The translations under genes and the position numbers were made by a program. From a bacterium (lineage in GTDB: Bacteria > Arandabacterota > Arandabacteria > Arandabacterales > JALGWA01): 43,165 bases of DNA. The notes under the pieces were generated by a model. The model did not search any database. It had not been told where the DNA came from and saw only the letters and a program-made list of their open reading frames with translations. Each line of letters begins with the position of its first letter. Position 1 is the first letter of the stretch. The stretch is taken from contig JASFEA010000009.1 in NCBI GenBank assembly GCA_050125095.1, positions 1-43,165 of the forward strand. The letters run 5' to 3'. This document shows, in pieces, positions 34,547-43,165 of the stretch.

Positions 34547-35665
34547 ATCAGCGCGCGATTCCCCCGCAGTCTCGCGGTTCTCGCCGCCGCCCTCGCGATG
34601 CTTCTCCCGCTCGCCTGCGCATCCACCCTCGGCACGAAGCGGGACTTCAGCCGTAATCCCATCGACATCATAGATGAATCGCCCAGGGTCTATCACATCA
34701 AGTTCGAGGACTTCGCCGACAGCCTCGAGACAATGCGCATCAGAAACTACATGCAGGGGACCCTGCCCTACGCCCTCTATATGGAGGAGGCGGAGACCGG
34801 GGCGCAATATTCCCGGGCGGACAGCGCCGTCATCGAATACAACAAGGCCGTGAAGAGGTTCGAGGCCGGAGCGGGCCAGGCCGCTCTCAAACACGTCCGG
34901 AGGGCTATTACCCTCAACCCGGCTTTCCTGCCGTCATACGTCGTGCTCGCGCGCATCTTCCTCGCGGACGGCCAGGTCTTAAGGGCCAAGGATCTTCTGG
35001 AGCAGGTGGTTGAACGCAATCCCGATAACTCGGAGGCGCTCATAGAGCTCGCCAGGTGCCACATGTACATGGGCCAGTTCGACGCGGCCGAGAAGGCACT
35101 GGTGGACGCAGTCATCTATGAGCGCACCAATCTCGACGCCTGGGGGGAGCTCAAGCGCCTCGGACACATAAGGGACTTCGAAGTCGCCACGCGCGATGCG
35201 CCCGAGCTCGCCTTCATAGAGAAGAGAAGAGGCAGAAACCTCGACATGGTGGTGGATTCATCGCTCGTCGACTGCCCCCTGGGAGCCTCGGCCTGGATAG
35301 TCTTCGCGTCGCAGAGAGCCGTCTGGCAATATGAAGGCAAGTACAAGCAGCGCTACTCTGCGACGCGCTATGAGAGAACTTATGACGAAGACATCGACTG
35401 CTATATGTCGCTGGCAGTGGCGTATAAGGTGCTCACAGAGCAGGGGGACTCGGTGGGGGTTGCCGATTCGGTCTACTGCCATGACGAGTACCTCGACTTC
35501 CTGGCGGAAGTCTCCGACGGCGGCCACCTCATCTCGCATGTGCTCATGGACTATATCTGCCTCAGGGCGCCGCGAACGGCCAGCCACTTCCCGCAGGATA
35601 TAATCGAGAGACTGCGTGACTACGTCGAGAAGTTCGTGCTCGTCCGCAGAGTTGCAGATTCATAA
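34547..35665 (+). CDS. TPR-containing lipoprotein, probable non-canonical start
   Basis: TPR-like helices (AITLNP, VVERNPDNSEALIELARCH). The complete lipoprotein signal ISARFPRSLAVLAAALAMLLPLAC begins at ATC 34547 after AGGAGGT. The first ATG is at 34598. Confidence 0.75.
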   Translation: MSARFPRSLAVLAAALAMLLPLACASTLGTKRDFSRNPIDIIDESPRVYHIKFEDFADSLETMRIRNYMQGTLPYALYMEEAETGAQYSRADSAVIEYNKAVKRFEAGAGQAALKHVRRAITLNPAFLPSYVVLARIFLADGQVLRAKDLLEQVVERNPDNSEALIELARCHMYMGQFDAAEKALVDAVIYERTNLDAWGELKRLGHIRDFEVATRDAPELAFIEKRRGRNLDMVVDSSLVDCPLGASAWIVFASQRAVWQYEGKYKQRYSATRYERTYDEDIDCYMSLAVAYKVLTEQGDSVGVADSVYCHDEYLDFLAEVSDGGHLISHVLMDYICLRAPRTASHFPQDIIERLRDYVEKFVLVRRVADS

Positions 35666-35700
35666 GAGAAGCGGATTCACGGCAAGACCGTACCGGCGCC

Positions 35701-35755
35701 GCCGGGGTGAAGCCGGGGTGAGGCCCGGGTGAGGCCGAGTTCAGGCCGGAAGGGG
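35701..35755 (+). repeat. 11-bp tandem repeat, about 5 units
   Basis: gccggggtgaa gccggggtgag gcccgggtgag gccgagttcag gccggaagggg, intergenic. Confidence 0.75.
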
Positions 35756-35775
35756 CAGATACAGGACCCGCGCGC

Positions 35776-36276
35776 ATGAGAATCAAGTCCTACCTCGACA
35801 TCGAGACATCGTATTACGGCGAGATAACCGTTGTGGGGATATACCGCCACCCGCATGATCTCGTACAGATAGTGCTTCCCGATATAAACGCAGAAGCGGT
35901 GATGGAGGCCCTCGAAGGCACCGAGGAGCTCCTCATGTTCTGGGGCCACAGGTTCGACCTACCCGTGATAAAGGGAATCCTTGGGATCGACCTCCGTTGC
36001 GAGTTCGACTCCACCGACCTCGCCGACCACTGCCACAGGCACGGGCTCTATGGGGGGCTTAAGGCGGTTGAGAAGGAGCTCGACATAAGCCGCGTCACCG
36101 ACGGGGTCACCGGCGAGGACGCCATGCGGCTCTGGCATGAATGGACTCTGGGGAGCGAGGAGTCATTGAAGAGACTCCTCAAGTACAACGAGGAAGACGT
36201 GGTGAACCTCTACCTCGTGGAGCGCGAGCTGGCGAGGTTGGAGTGCCCCGGTGCACCCGGCCAGGGCATCACCTGA
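35776..36276 (+). CDS. RNase H-like DEDD exonuclease (YprB/RNase_H_2 family)
   Basis: YLDIET, FWGHRFDLP, GGLKAVEKEL, YNEEDV. Confidence 0.85.
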   Translation: MRIKSYLDIETSYYGEITVVGIYRHPHDLVQIVLPDINAEAVMEALEGTEELLMFWGHRFDLPVIKGILGIDLRCEFDSTDLADHCHRHGLYGGLKAVEKELDISRVTDGVTGEDAMRLWHEWTLGSEESLKRLLKYNEEDVVNLYLVERELARLECPGAPGQGIT

Positions 36277-36291
36277 GAAGGGGGGCATGAG

Positions 36292-37434
36292 ATGGCAAGG
36301 CGCCACATAAGGAGTGCGGGGATCCCGGCAAAGGGCCGGTGGATCTCCGCCGCGGTGTTGATGCTGGCGGCGATGTGCGTTACGGAGGTGTTCACTCCGG
36401 CAGTATGTCTCGCCGGGAACGCCCCGACCGGGACCTTTTCCATTGTGGCCTATGATTCGCTTACGGGAGAGCTCGGCGTCGCGGTTCAGTCGAGAGCGTT
36501 TGCGGTCGGGCAGGGTGTCTCCTGGGCCGAGGCGGGTGTCGGCGCCATCGCGACCCAGTCGCAGACCAACCGTTCTTTCGGCCCCAACGGGCTCGACCTC
36601 CTGAGGCAGGGCTACTCGGCTGAAGAGGTAGGCAAAATGCTCCTTGAGGCGGACGAGGGTCGGGAAAACAGGCAGCTCGGCATAGTGGACGCGCGGGGAG
36701 GGACTTTCAACTTCACCGGTACGGGCTGCTCGGCCTGGGCGGGAGCCGCTCAAGGTCGCGGCTACTCCTGCCAGGGCAACATACTGGTGTCCGAGGAGGT
36801 CGTTACCGGGATGGCCCGGGCATACGAGGATACCGAGGGAGACCTTGGGGAGAAGCTCCTGCAGGCGCTCGTCGCGGCCCAGGCGGCAGGCGGAGACAAG
36901 CGCGGCATGCAGTCGGCGGCCATCCTCGTGGTGCGTCCCAGCGATGAATACCCCGAGTATCGCTACAAGTACACCGACCTCAGGGTTGAAGACCACGATG
37001 ACCCCATAAACGAGCTCATAAGAGTGTACCGCATACACGAGATGGGAAGGCTGCTCGAGGCCCATGCCAGGTACATGAGCCATTACGAATCGGTGGGCGA
37101 CGCGCGCATGGCAGACCTCGAGAAAGACCGCATAGGCGCGATGCTGGTAAGAAGCATGGCCGAGGAGGAACCGGATGCGGGCAGCCTGAACAGTCTGGCC
37201 TGGTTCTGCGCAATCAATAACATCTACCTTGAGGAAGCCCTTGCGGCGGCGAAGCAGGCCGTCGAGCTTTCGCCGGACGAGGGCTACATAATCGACACTC
37301 TTGCCGAGGCCTACTTCCGGAACGGCATGGTTGAGGAGGCCATCGCCACCATCAAGCGCGCCATAGAGATTGACCAGGAGGACAACTACTACAGGGAGCA
37401 GCTTGAGCGGTTCGAGAGTGCAGTGGAGAAGTAA
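36292..37434 (+). CDS. Secreted DUF1028 (Ntn-hydrolase-like) protein with C-terminal TPR
   Basis: Signal peptide, TFSIVAYD, GVAVQS, GAIATQ, RQLGIVD, QGNIL, AGGDKRG.QSAA, DLRVEDH..PI.EL, then TPR (LNSLAW, IIDTLAEAYF). Confidence 0.88.
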   Translation: MARRHIRSAGIPAKGRWISAAVLMLAAMCVTEVFTPAVCLAGNAPTGTFSIVAYDSLTGELGVAVQSRAFAVGQGVSWAEAGVGAIATQSQTNRSFGPNGLDLLRQGYSAEEVGKMLLEADEGRENRQLGIVDARGGTFNFTGTGCSAWAGAAQGRGYSCQGNILVSEEVVTGMARAYEDTEGDLGEKLLQALVAAQAAGGDKRGMQSAAILVVRPSDEYPEYRYKYTDLRVEDHDDPINELIRVYRIHEMGRLLEAHARYMSHYESVGDARMADLEKDRIGAMLVRSMAEEEPDAGSLNSLAWFCAINNIYLEEALAAAKQAVELSPDEGYIIDTLAEAYFRNGMVEEAIATIKRAIEIDQEDNYYREQLERFESAVEK

Positions 37435-37492
37435 CAGCGTTTCTCGTAGACTTGCGGGTGAGGAGTACAGGATTCCGGGCGCCACGAACCTT

Positions 37493-37521
37493 TTGACTTC
37501 TAATAACTTATGTGGTAGAAT
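37493..37521 (+). promoter_or_regulatory. Sigma70-type promoter with extended -10, followed by a 5'-leader hairpin
   Basis: TTGACT, 17 nt, TAGAAT with TGTGG. Hairpin ggagcggg-gagt-cccgctcc at 37537-37556. Confidence 0.65.
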
Positions 37522-37612
37522 ATCTTGGAAGTAGTCGGAGCGGGGAGTCCCGCTCCTGCCTGTATTTAGTGTATAATTGCGCCTCTTTGGCGCCAAATAA
37601 GGAGGAATTACA

Positions 37613-40600
37613 TTGAAAAGAGGGCTAGGACTGTCCGGTCTTTTCTTTGCAGCAATCCTCATTATCTCATACTCGGGCGTCGCCGCTTCTGTGATCCAGA
37701 AGACGGTCGACTTCCAGGACCCGGAGATAGGAGTCTCGGGCGCCTTCAGCACGGTGAGCATAAAGGGATGCCTTGAAGTGGGACTTCCCGGCCAGCCGCT
37801 GCTTCCCGCCTACGGCATGAGCATACTGCTGCCGCAGGGCCACGAAGTCGCTGGCGTCCGGGTGGCGACTTCGAATACCACCGAGTTTGCTCTGGAGTAT
37901 CCCCTCGAATGGGCTAAGCAGCAGTATCCGCTCAGCATGGAGGGTCCGTATGAGCAGACGCTCGCCGACGAAGACATTTACGGGGGCGAGGACGCCTTCC
38001 CGGCCGAGCAGGTCGTACATGTCAGCACGGAAGTCTTCAGGGGTTACAGCATAGCTTTTCTTAGGGTTTATCCTGCCGTGTACGCCGCCGCGAACAATGC
38101 TCTTATTTTTTCCTCGCGCATCGATATCACAGTCGATACGCGGCCGAGTGAAGAGGAGCTGATGCGCTCTATCGGGAGCCTGCGCGCTGGCAATCGCAAA
38201 GACGTTCAGCGTCTTGCCGGCATGGTTGAGGACATAGCGGAGGCCCGTTCCTACGAGGCGAGGAGCTTCCCGGCCCCGCTGGCGTCAATAGTCGACGCCT
38301 CGGAGACCTATCCCTACGTCATCATCACCAACTCGACCCTCGAGAGCGCCTTTGAGAATCTCAAGGACCTCAAGGACGAGCAGGGTTACAGAACCAAGAT
38401 AGTGCTCGTCTCCGACATAACCAGCAATTACTCCGGCGATGACACCCAGATGAAGATCAGGAACTTCATCATAGACGCATACCAGAACTGGGAAACGGAG
38501 TTTGTGCTCTTTGGCGGCGATGATGAGATCATACCCCATCGCGGGCTGTACGCTGATGCCGGTGGGACGACCGACAGTGACATCGCGGCCGATCTCTACT
38601 ACATGGGCCTGGACGGCAACTGGAACACTGACGGGGACAGCTTCTGGGGCGAGGTGCCCGAGGCCGACCTCGTACCCGAGATATCATCGGGAAGGGCGGC
38701 GGTAAGCACGCTCACCGAGGCCAATTACTTCGTCGACAAGATGATCAAGTACCAGAGAACCCCGGTCACGGGAGATATCGAAAACGCACTCATGTTGGGA
38801 GAGCTTCTCTGGAGCGATCCCACATGGGGCGGGGACTATAAGGATGAAATAAAGGACGGGGCAAGCACTCACGGCTATACCACAGCGGGCTTCCCCGGCA
38901 ACTTCACGGTGACAACGCTCTATGACCGGGATATCGCTCCGGCTGAATGGGACAAATACGATCTCTTCCCGCTCCTGAACGGCGGCCAGCACATAGTGAA
39001 TCACCTGGGCCACTGCAACACTACTTACGGCCTCCGCATGGTGAACAGCGACATGCCGAGCCTGACAGCAGACGGGGTCAGCAATACCTACAACGTGATT
39101 TATTCGCAGGGTTGCTATGCGGCGTCTTTCGACAACAGGACATCGAGCGGTGGATACACGGACGACTGCATAGGCGAATATCTCACGATGCACCAGTATG
39201 CGGCGGTCGCCTTTGTGGGCAATACCCGCTATGGCTGGGGTGCGCATGAAAGTACACGCGGGGCCAGCCAGTATTATGACAGGCAGTTTTTCGACGCCAT
39301 GTTCGCCGAGGACATCACCATCATAGGCCTTGCGGATGTTGACTCGAGAGTGGACAACATCCCGTTCATAGACGCCACGGGCCCCGGCAGATGGGTATAC
39401 TATGAGCTGGTAGTGTTGGGCGATCCGGCTATGGACATCTGGACGGGTGTACCCGGCACCGTGACCGCACTCCTTCCTGAGACGATCTATGTGGGTGAAA
39501 ACGAAGTCGCCGTAAGGATCACAGGCAGCGGCGGCGTTGAGGGGGCCAGGGTCAGCATATACAGTGACTCCACCTATTCCTGCGAGCTTACCGACGCCGA
39601 CGGCTATGCCTACTTAGACCCGATGGCCCTCGAGACCGGCGAGCTCTATGTCAGCGTGATGGCTCACAACTTCCATACCTACGTCGACACCATTCCGGTC
39701 GCCGAGGCAACCGGCGCTCTGCTCATTCTCACCGATTACCCGGTCGATGACGACGGTTCCGGCGGGAGCTCGGGCAATGCGGACGGACTCGTAGATGATG
39801 GCGAATACATAGAGTCGATAATAACGACCGAGAATATCGGCCAGGGCACGGCAACAGACGCTACGGCAACATTGAGGTCAGGTGACCTCTATGTAAGCGT
39901 TGTGGACTCAACCACGTCCTTCTCATCAATTCCGGCTGGCAGCCTTGGAACCGCCAGCTCGGCGCTGGTGTTTATCGCCGACCCTGATGTGCCGGATGGC
40001 GAGGTCATAGACCTGGAGGTCTATCTGGCTTACTCGGATACTGCAGTAACGCGGCATGTCCAGTTCACCGCACATGCTCCCGTTCTGGCCGTGGAAGGCC
40101 TTCTAATCGATGACTCGGTCGTCGGGAATGTCGACGGCTGCCTCGAGGCCGGCGAAACGGTGGAGCTCACCTTCACCCTGGGCAATGCGGGTTCAGGCGA
40201 CGCGGAAGGCGCGACAGTCTACCTGAGTACCAGCGACCCGTATGCCACGGTGCTCCAAGATGAATCCTACGTAGCCAACATCGCATCGGAAGGTCAGGCG
40301 CAGCTTGTGACGCCATTTGTGGTTCAAGTATCCCCGGGATGTCCGATGTTCCATGAGATAGATCTGGACCTTGACATCCAGCTCGCCAGCGGCCGTCAGG
40401 CATATGATACAGCCAGCATGACGACCGGCGGCCTAATATCGGATGATATGGAGAGCGGCGAGGGGCCGTGGACGCATGAGGTCGTGAATGACGGATACGT
40501 GGACGAGTGGCACATGGAGACCTATCGCAATCACACAGGCGGCGGGACTTATTCATGGAAATGCGGGGGCGCGGGTTCGGCCAATTACTCTGACTACAGC

Positions 40601-41281
40601 AACGGCGCGCTCGTGACGCCGGCGCTCTGTCTGGGTCCCGATGCGACCCTGACTTTCTGGCATTACATGGACGCTGAAACCTACAGCGGCTCCTACACAT
40701 GGGACGGCGGCATAGTTGAGATCTCGACAGACGGTGGATACTCATGGACGCTTATAACCCCGAACGGCGGCTACCCGCATCTCATCTATCCCAATTCGGC
40801 CAGCCCGTTTGACGGCGATACGCCCTGCTGGGGGGAGACGAGCGGATGGGAGCAGGTTACATTCGACCTCTCGGCATATACAGGCAGCGCAATGATCAGG
40901 TTCCAGTTCGGATCGGACGGCTACACCACTGAGGAAGGGTGGTACATCGACGATGTCGAGGTGACCGCCGACCTCGCCTCTGTGAAGATCGATCCCGGGG
41001 ACATGGAGCCGTTGCCGGTAAGGTTTGCCCTCAGGATTGCCGGCCGTAACCCCGTAAGCGGGCAGGCCAGGGTCAGCTTCGATGTGCCGAAGACCGCGGC
41101 CGTGGCCGTCGAGGTGTTCGACGTGCAGGGCAGAGTGGTAAACACGCTGGCCAATTCGGTCTTGGAGCCGGGAAGCTATGAGATGGAATGGGACAGCAGC
41201 AAATCCTCGCCCGGCGTCTATTTCGTGAGGATGAAGACCAACGAGTTCGAGAAGGTTCACAAGATAATATCGGTCCGCTAA
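37613..41281 (+). CDS. Gingipain-family (C25) cysteine peptidase with propeptide, Ig-like repeats, jelly-roll domain and FlgD/T9SS-CTD-like tail
   Basis: Signal peptide, GLPGQPLLP propeptide, YVIIT, IRNFI..AY..W, FVLFGGD, DLYY..LDGNW, NHLGH (His), SQGCY (Cys), LGDP, EGWYIDDV, NP...FDVQGRVV.TL...GVYFVRM. SD AAGGAGG before TTG. Confidence 0.92.
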   Translation: MKRGLGLSGLFFAAILIISYSGVAASVIQKTVDFQDPEIGVSGAFSTVSIKGCLEVGLPGQPLLPAYGMSILLPQGHEVAGVRVATSNTTEFALEYPLEWAKQQYPLSMEGPYEQTLADEDIYGGEDAFPAEQVVHVSTEVFRGYSIAFLRVYPAVYAAANNALIFSSRIDITVDTRPSEEELMRSIGSLRAGNRKDVQRLAGMVEDIAEARSYEARSFPAPLASIVDASETYPYVIITNSTLESAFENLKDLKDEQGYRTKIVLVSDITSNYSGDDTQMKIRNFIIDAYQNWETEFVLFGGDDEIIPHRGLYADAGGTTDSDIAADLYYMGLDGNWNTDGDSFWGEVPEADLVPEISSGRAAVSTLTEANYFVDKMIKYQRTPVTGDIENALMLGELLWSDPTWGGDYKDEIKDGASTHGYTTAGFPGNFTVTTLYDRDIAPAEWDKYDLFPLLNGGQHIVNHLGHCNTTYGLRMVNSDMPSLTADGVSNTYNVIYSQGCYAASFDNRTSSGGYTDDCIGEYLTMHQYAAVAFVGNTRYGWGAHESTRGASQYYDRQFFDAMFAEDITIIGLADVDSRVDNIPFIDATGPGRWVYYELVVLGDPAMDIWTGVPGTVTALLPETIYVGENEVAVRITGSGGVEGARVSIYSDSTYSCELTDADGYAYLDPMALETGELYVSVMAHNFHTYVDTIPVAEATGALLILTDYPVDDDGSGGSSGNADGLVDDGEYIESIITTENIGQGTATDATATLRSGDLYVSVVDSTTSFSSIPAGSLGTASSALVFIADPDVPDGEVIDLEVYLAYSDTAVTRHVQFTAHAPVLAVEGLLIDDSVVGNVDGCLEAGETVELTFTLGNAGSGDAEGATVYLSTSDPYATVLQDESYVANIASEGQAQLVTPFVVQVSPGCPMFHEIDLDLDIQLASGRQAYDTASMTTGGLISDDMESGEGPWTHEVVNDGYVDEWHMETYRNHTGGGTYSWKCGGAGSANYSDYSNGALVTPALCLGPDATLTFWHYMDAETYSGSYTWDGGIVEISTDGGYSWTLITPNGGYPHLIYPNSASPFDGDTPCWGETSGWEQVTFDLSAYTGSAMIRFQFGSDGYTTEEGWYIDDVEVTADLASVKIDPGDMEPLPVRFALRIAGRNPVSGQARVSFDVPKTAAVAVEVFDVQGRVVNTLANSVLEPGSYEMEWDSSKSSPGVYFVRMKTNEFEKVHKIISVR

Positions 41282-41317
41282 CGGTCTGAAGCTGGGTCTT
41301 TAGAAGGACGATAAACA

Positions 41318-41350
41318 AGCGGGGCTCCTCGCGAGCCCCGCTCTCCTTTT
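41318..41350 (+). terminator. Intrinsic terminator after the C25 gene
   Basis: agcggggctc-ctcgc-gagccccgct followed by ctccttttgttt. Confidence 0.7.
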
Positions 41351-41418
41351 GTTTCCCCTCATGTTCCCGGCTGGCATATGCCCAGCCCGGTGATTTACAC
41401 GAAGGTTGGGTACGGAGG

Positions 41419-41448
41419 TTGACATCCGCGGCGCGCTGGCTATATAAG
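41419..41448 (+). promoter_or_regulatory. Sigma70-type promoter very close to the start codon
   Basis: TTGACA 41419-41424 and TATATA/TATAAG at 41441-41448. ATG at 41457. Confidence 0.5.
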
Positions 41449-41456
41449 AGGAAGTA

Positions 41457-42623
41457 ATGAAAGAGCCCACCTACGAGGTCGTCGGGAAGATCGAGCGCTA
41501 CGATGAGCGCGACAATGTCTTCGCGCGGGAAGCCCTCGAGCCCGGCTCGCCGGAGGAGGTCGAGTACCACCGGCGGCATCCCGAGCTCGTGGAAGTCGAC
41601 CGCGAGATCGGCGCGTTTATTCAGGCAAAGCGCGACCGGAGCGAGAGCGGCTTGAAGAAGGCGTACTACCAGGGTGCTTTCACCCCGATAGCCCACCTTG
41701 GACTCCCAGACTGCGTCGATGGCGTTCCCCTGAGCCCGGAGGTGGGGAAGAGCCCCGCGGAGAACTCCAGAATCGTGAAGGCGCTCGCGCTGCACCTCGG
41801 TGCAGACCTTGCCGGCGTGGGGCCGCTCAGAGAGGAGTGGGTTTACTCCCACAGGGGGGTGCTTCCCTACTTCCCGGATCAGCAGCCCAACCCGCCTCTC
41901 TTCGACGGAATGCCGGAGCACTACACTGGCAAGCGCTATGGAGATGAGATAGAAGTCAGCCACGCCAATGCAATCGCCATGGCCTTCGCCCAGGACTTCG
42001 ATACGATGAAGGCGGGGCCCGGTGAGGCCTCGGATCTCGAGGTGGGGAGAGTATATGCAAAGAGCGCCCTCGTCGCCTCACAGCTTGCGCGCTTTATAAG
42101 GACCCTGGGCTACTCTGCGAGGGCGCATCATCTAAGAAACTACGGCGTGCTCGTGGTGCCGGTCGCCGTCGATTGCGGCCTCGGCGAGCTCGCGCGTTGC
42201 GGCTACATGATAAGCAGCAAGTACGGCGCCAACACCAGGCTCTCTTGCGTCACGACTGACATGCCCCTAGCGCACGACGAGCCCGCCGATATCGGCGTTC
42301 AGGACTTCTGCAACAAGTGTCTCAAATGCGCGCGGACCTGCCCGGCTAACGCCATCCCCACGGGCGATAAGATTGAGGTGAACGGCACACTCAGGTATAA
42401 GGCCGACGCCGAGAAGTGCCTGCTCTATTGGGCCAAGGTTGGAGCAGCGTGCATGATCTGCCAGACCGTATGCCCGTGGTCGAAACCGCCCACCGCCTTC
42501 CACCGGGCTGTGGCGTGGACCGCGGCTAACGTCCCGGCCTCAAGGCGGGCGCTCGTCGCCCTCGATGATGTCTTCTATGGCTCCAAGTTCAAGCAGAAGC
42601 CAAAGCCTATCTGGGTACCCTGA
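41457..42623 (+). CDS. Reductive dehalogenase-like (RdhA/QueG superfamily) cobalamin and 2x4Fe-4S protein without Tat signal
   Basis: RYDERDNVFAR, LGADLAGV, LARFIRTLGYSARAH, PVAVDCGLGELARCG, VTTDMPL, FCNKCLKCARTCPANAI, C..YW....ACMICQTVCPW. Confidence 0.85.
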   Translation: MKEPTYEVVGKIERYDERDNVFAREALEPGSPEEVEYHRRHPELVEVDREIGAFIQAKRDRSESGLKKAYYQGAFTPIAHLGLPDCVDGVPLSPEVGKSPAENSRIVKALALHLGADLAGVGPLREEWVYSHRGVLPYFPDQQPNPPLFDGMPEHYTGKRYGDEIEVSHANAIAMAFAQDFDTMKAGPGEASDLEVGRVYAKSALVASQLARFIRTLGYSARAHHLRNYGVLVVPVAVDCGLGELARCGYMISSKYGANTRLSCVTTDMPLAHDEPADIGVQDFCNKCLKCARTCPANAIPTGDKIEVNGTLRYKADAEKCLLYWAKVGAACMICQTVCPWSKPPTAFHRAVAWTAANVPASRRALVALDDVFYGSKFKQKPKPIWVP

Positions 42624-42799
42624 CCCCACAGCCGCCTTCGCGCCGGCCTTCCCGTGCCCGGCAGGGCCAGGATAGTCAAGTGGTTGAGAGTTCTCTCGGA
42701 GACGTCCTACCCCGGAGGGGTATCCGGCCCCGCCTGGGGTAAGCTCGTGGGGGCATTGCAGTTGAGAACCATTTTTGTGAGCAAAGGGGTGAAAAAAGC

Positions 42800-42829
42800 T
42801 TGACAATTCCGGGGAGTTTTGACTATATA
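42800..42829 (+). promoter_or_regulatory. Sigma70-type promoter
   Basis: A-tract, TTGACA 42800-42805, then CTATAT/TATATA at 17-18 nt spacing, in an AT-rich context. Confidence 0.65.
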
Positions 42830-42834
42830 AGTAA

Positions 42835-43066
42835 CATATTACCTATTGTTTGCAAAGATTGGCTTAGGGGACTCGGCAGGTAACTGCCGTAGTAATAGAG
42901 TGCGATAACAGAATAGCGGGGACTAATTCCGGCGACTTAGTGCAGTCCTGGAAGTAGTGTAGTGAATCCTGGGGCGCTTTCTCGGTTCAGGTGGGCGGGG
43001 ACTCTAGCCCCGCCCCTAGCGGAGAGCGGAGTAATGCAAAAGGCGGGGAAAATCCCGCCTTTTTGC
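42835..43066 (+). ncRNA. Candidate structured small RNA or long leader RNA, family not recognised
   Basis: Bounded by a promoter and a terminator, no credible ORF, several hairpins including a GUAA tetraloop. Confidence 0.5.
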
Positions 43067-43070
43067 ATTT
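43033..43070. terminator. Strong bidirectional intrinsic terminator
   Basis: aatgcaaaaggcggg-gaaaat-cccgcctttttgcatt. Confidence 0.85.
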
Positions 43071-43165
43071 GAGGCTCCGGCCCTCCAGGCCCCGTGTCCG
43101 ACCCGGTCCCTGATCACGTTCCCGGTACCATCCCCGCTCACGTCCCCGGCCCTGTCCTGGCCCTG

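Noticed and set aside
36163-37761. 532-aa minus-strand ORF
   Set aside because: Antisense to the DUF1028-TPR gene and the C25 gene start, which have clear motifs, SD and promoter.
42619-42627. cctgacccc at the rdhA-like stop as another REP-like copy
   Set aside because: Only 9 nt of the core match, the TGCACA half is absent, and the polarity is opposite to the other post-stop copies.
37526-42958. Shared 10-mer TGGAAGTAGT in the C25 leader (37526-37535) and the candidate sRNA (42949-42958)
   Set aside because: A single same-strand 10-nt match is expected by chance, and the flanks do not align.

Overview
GC-rich chromosomal window from a diderm bacterium. It is probably an anaerobe of an FCB-associated candidate lineage such as Eisenbacteria, Krumholzibacteria or Latescibacteria; this is inferred from the C25 gingipain with a FlgD/CTD-like tail, the secretin and a C-terminal TWGGIKALYR motif. 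Contents in order: (1) a six-gene minus-strand operon joining a beta-decarboxylating dehydrogenase, two LeuC/LeuD-type aconitase-family enzymes (one fused, with an altered active site) and citrate-lyase-like CitD-CitE fusion and CitF, with no citC/citG/citX in the window; (2) an N-acetyltransferase, DUF4416, a TGS-uridine-kinase protein and a hypothetical; (3) a divergent locus with flotillin plus an aminotransferase fused to a degenerate PEPCK/HPrK-like domain on one side and ATP-type PEP carboxykinase on the other; (4) a secreted beta-helix gene bracketed by REP-like GGGGTCAGGTC doublets, a REPIN-like hairpin and an orphan promoter; (5) a barrel/lipoprotein pair; (6) a minimal T2SS/type IV pilus operon with a sigma28-like promoter; (7) glnA, secreted and TPR proteins, a C25 protease and a Tat-less reductive-dehalogenase-like gene; (8) a promoter-to-terminator bounded, structured ~230-nt candidate sRNA. 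The best candidate for an undescribed system is the putative (homo)citrate lyase / twin aconitase / dehydrogenase pathway. No rRNA, tRNA, CRISPR array, integrase or transposase was recognised. All family assignments come from motifs read by eye, not from database searches.
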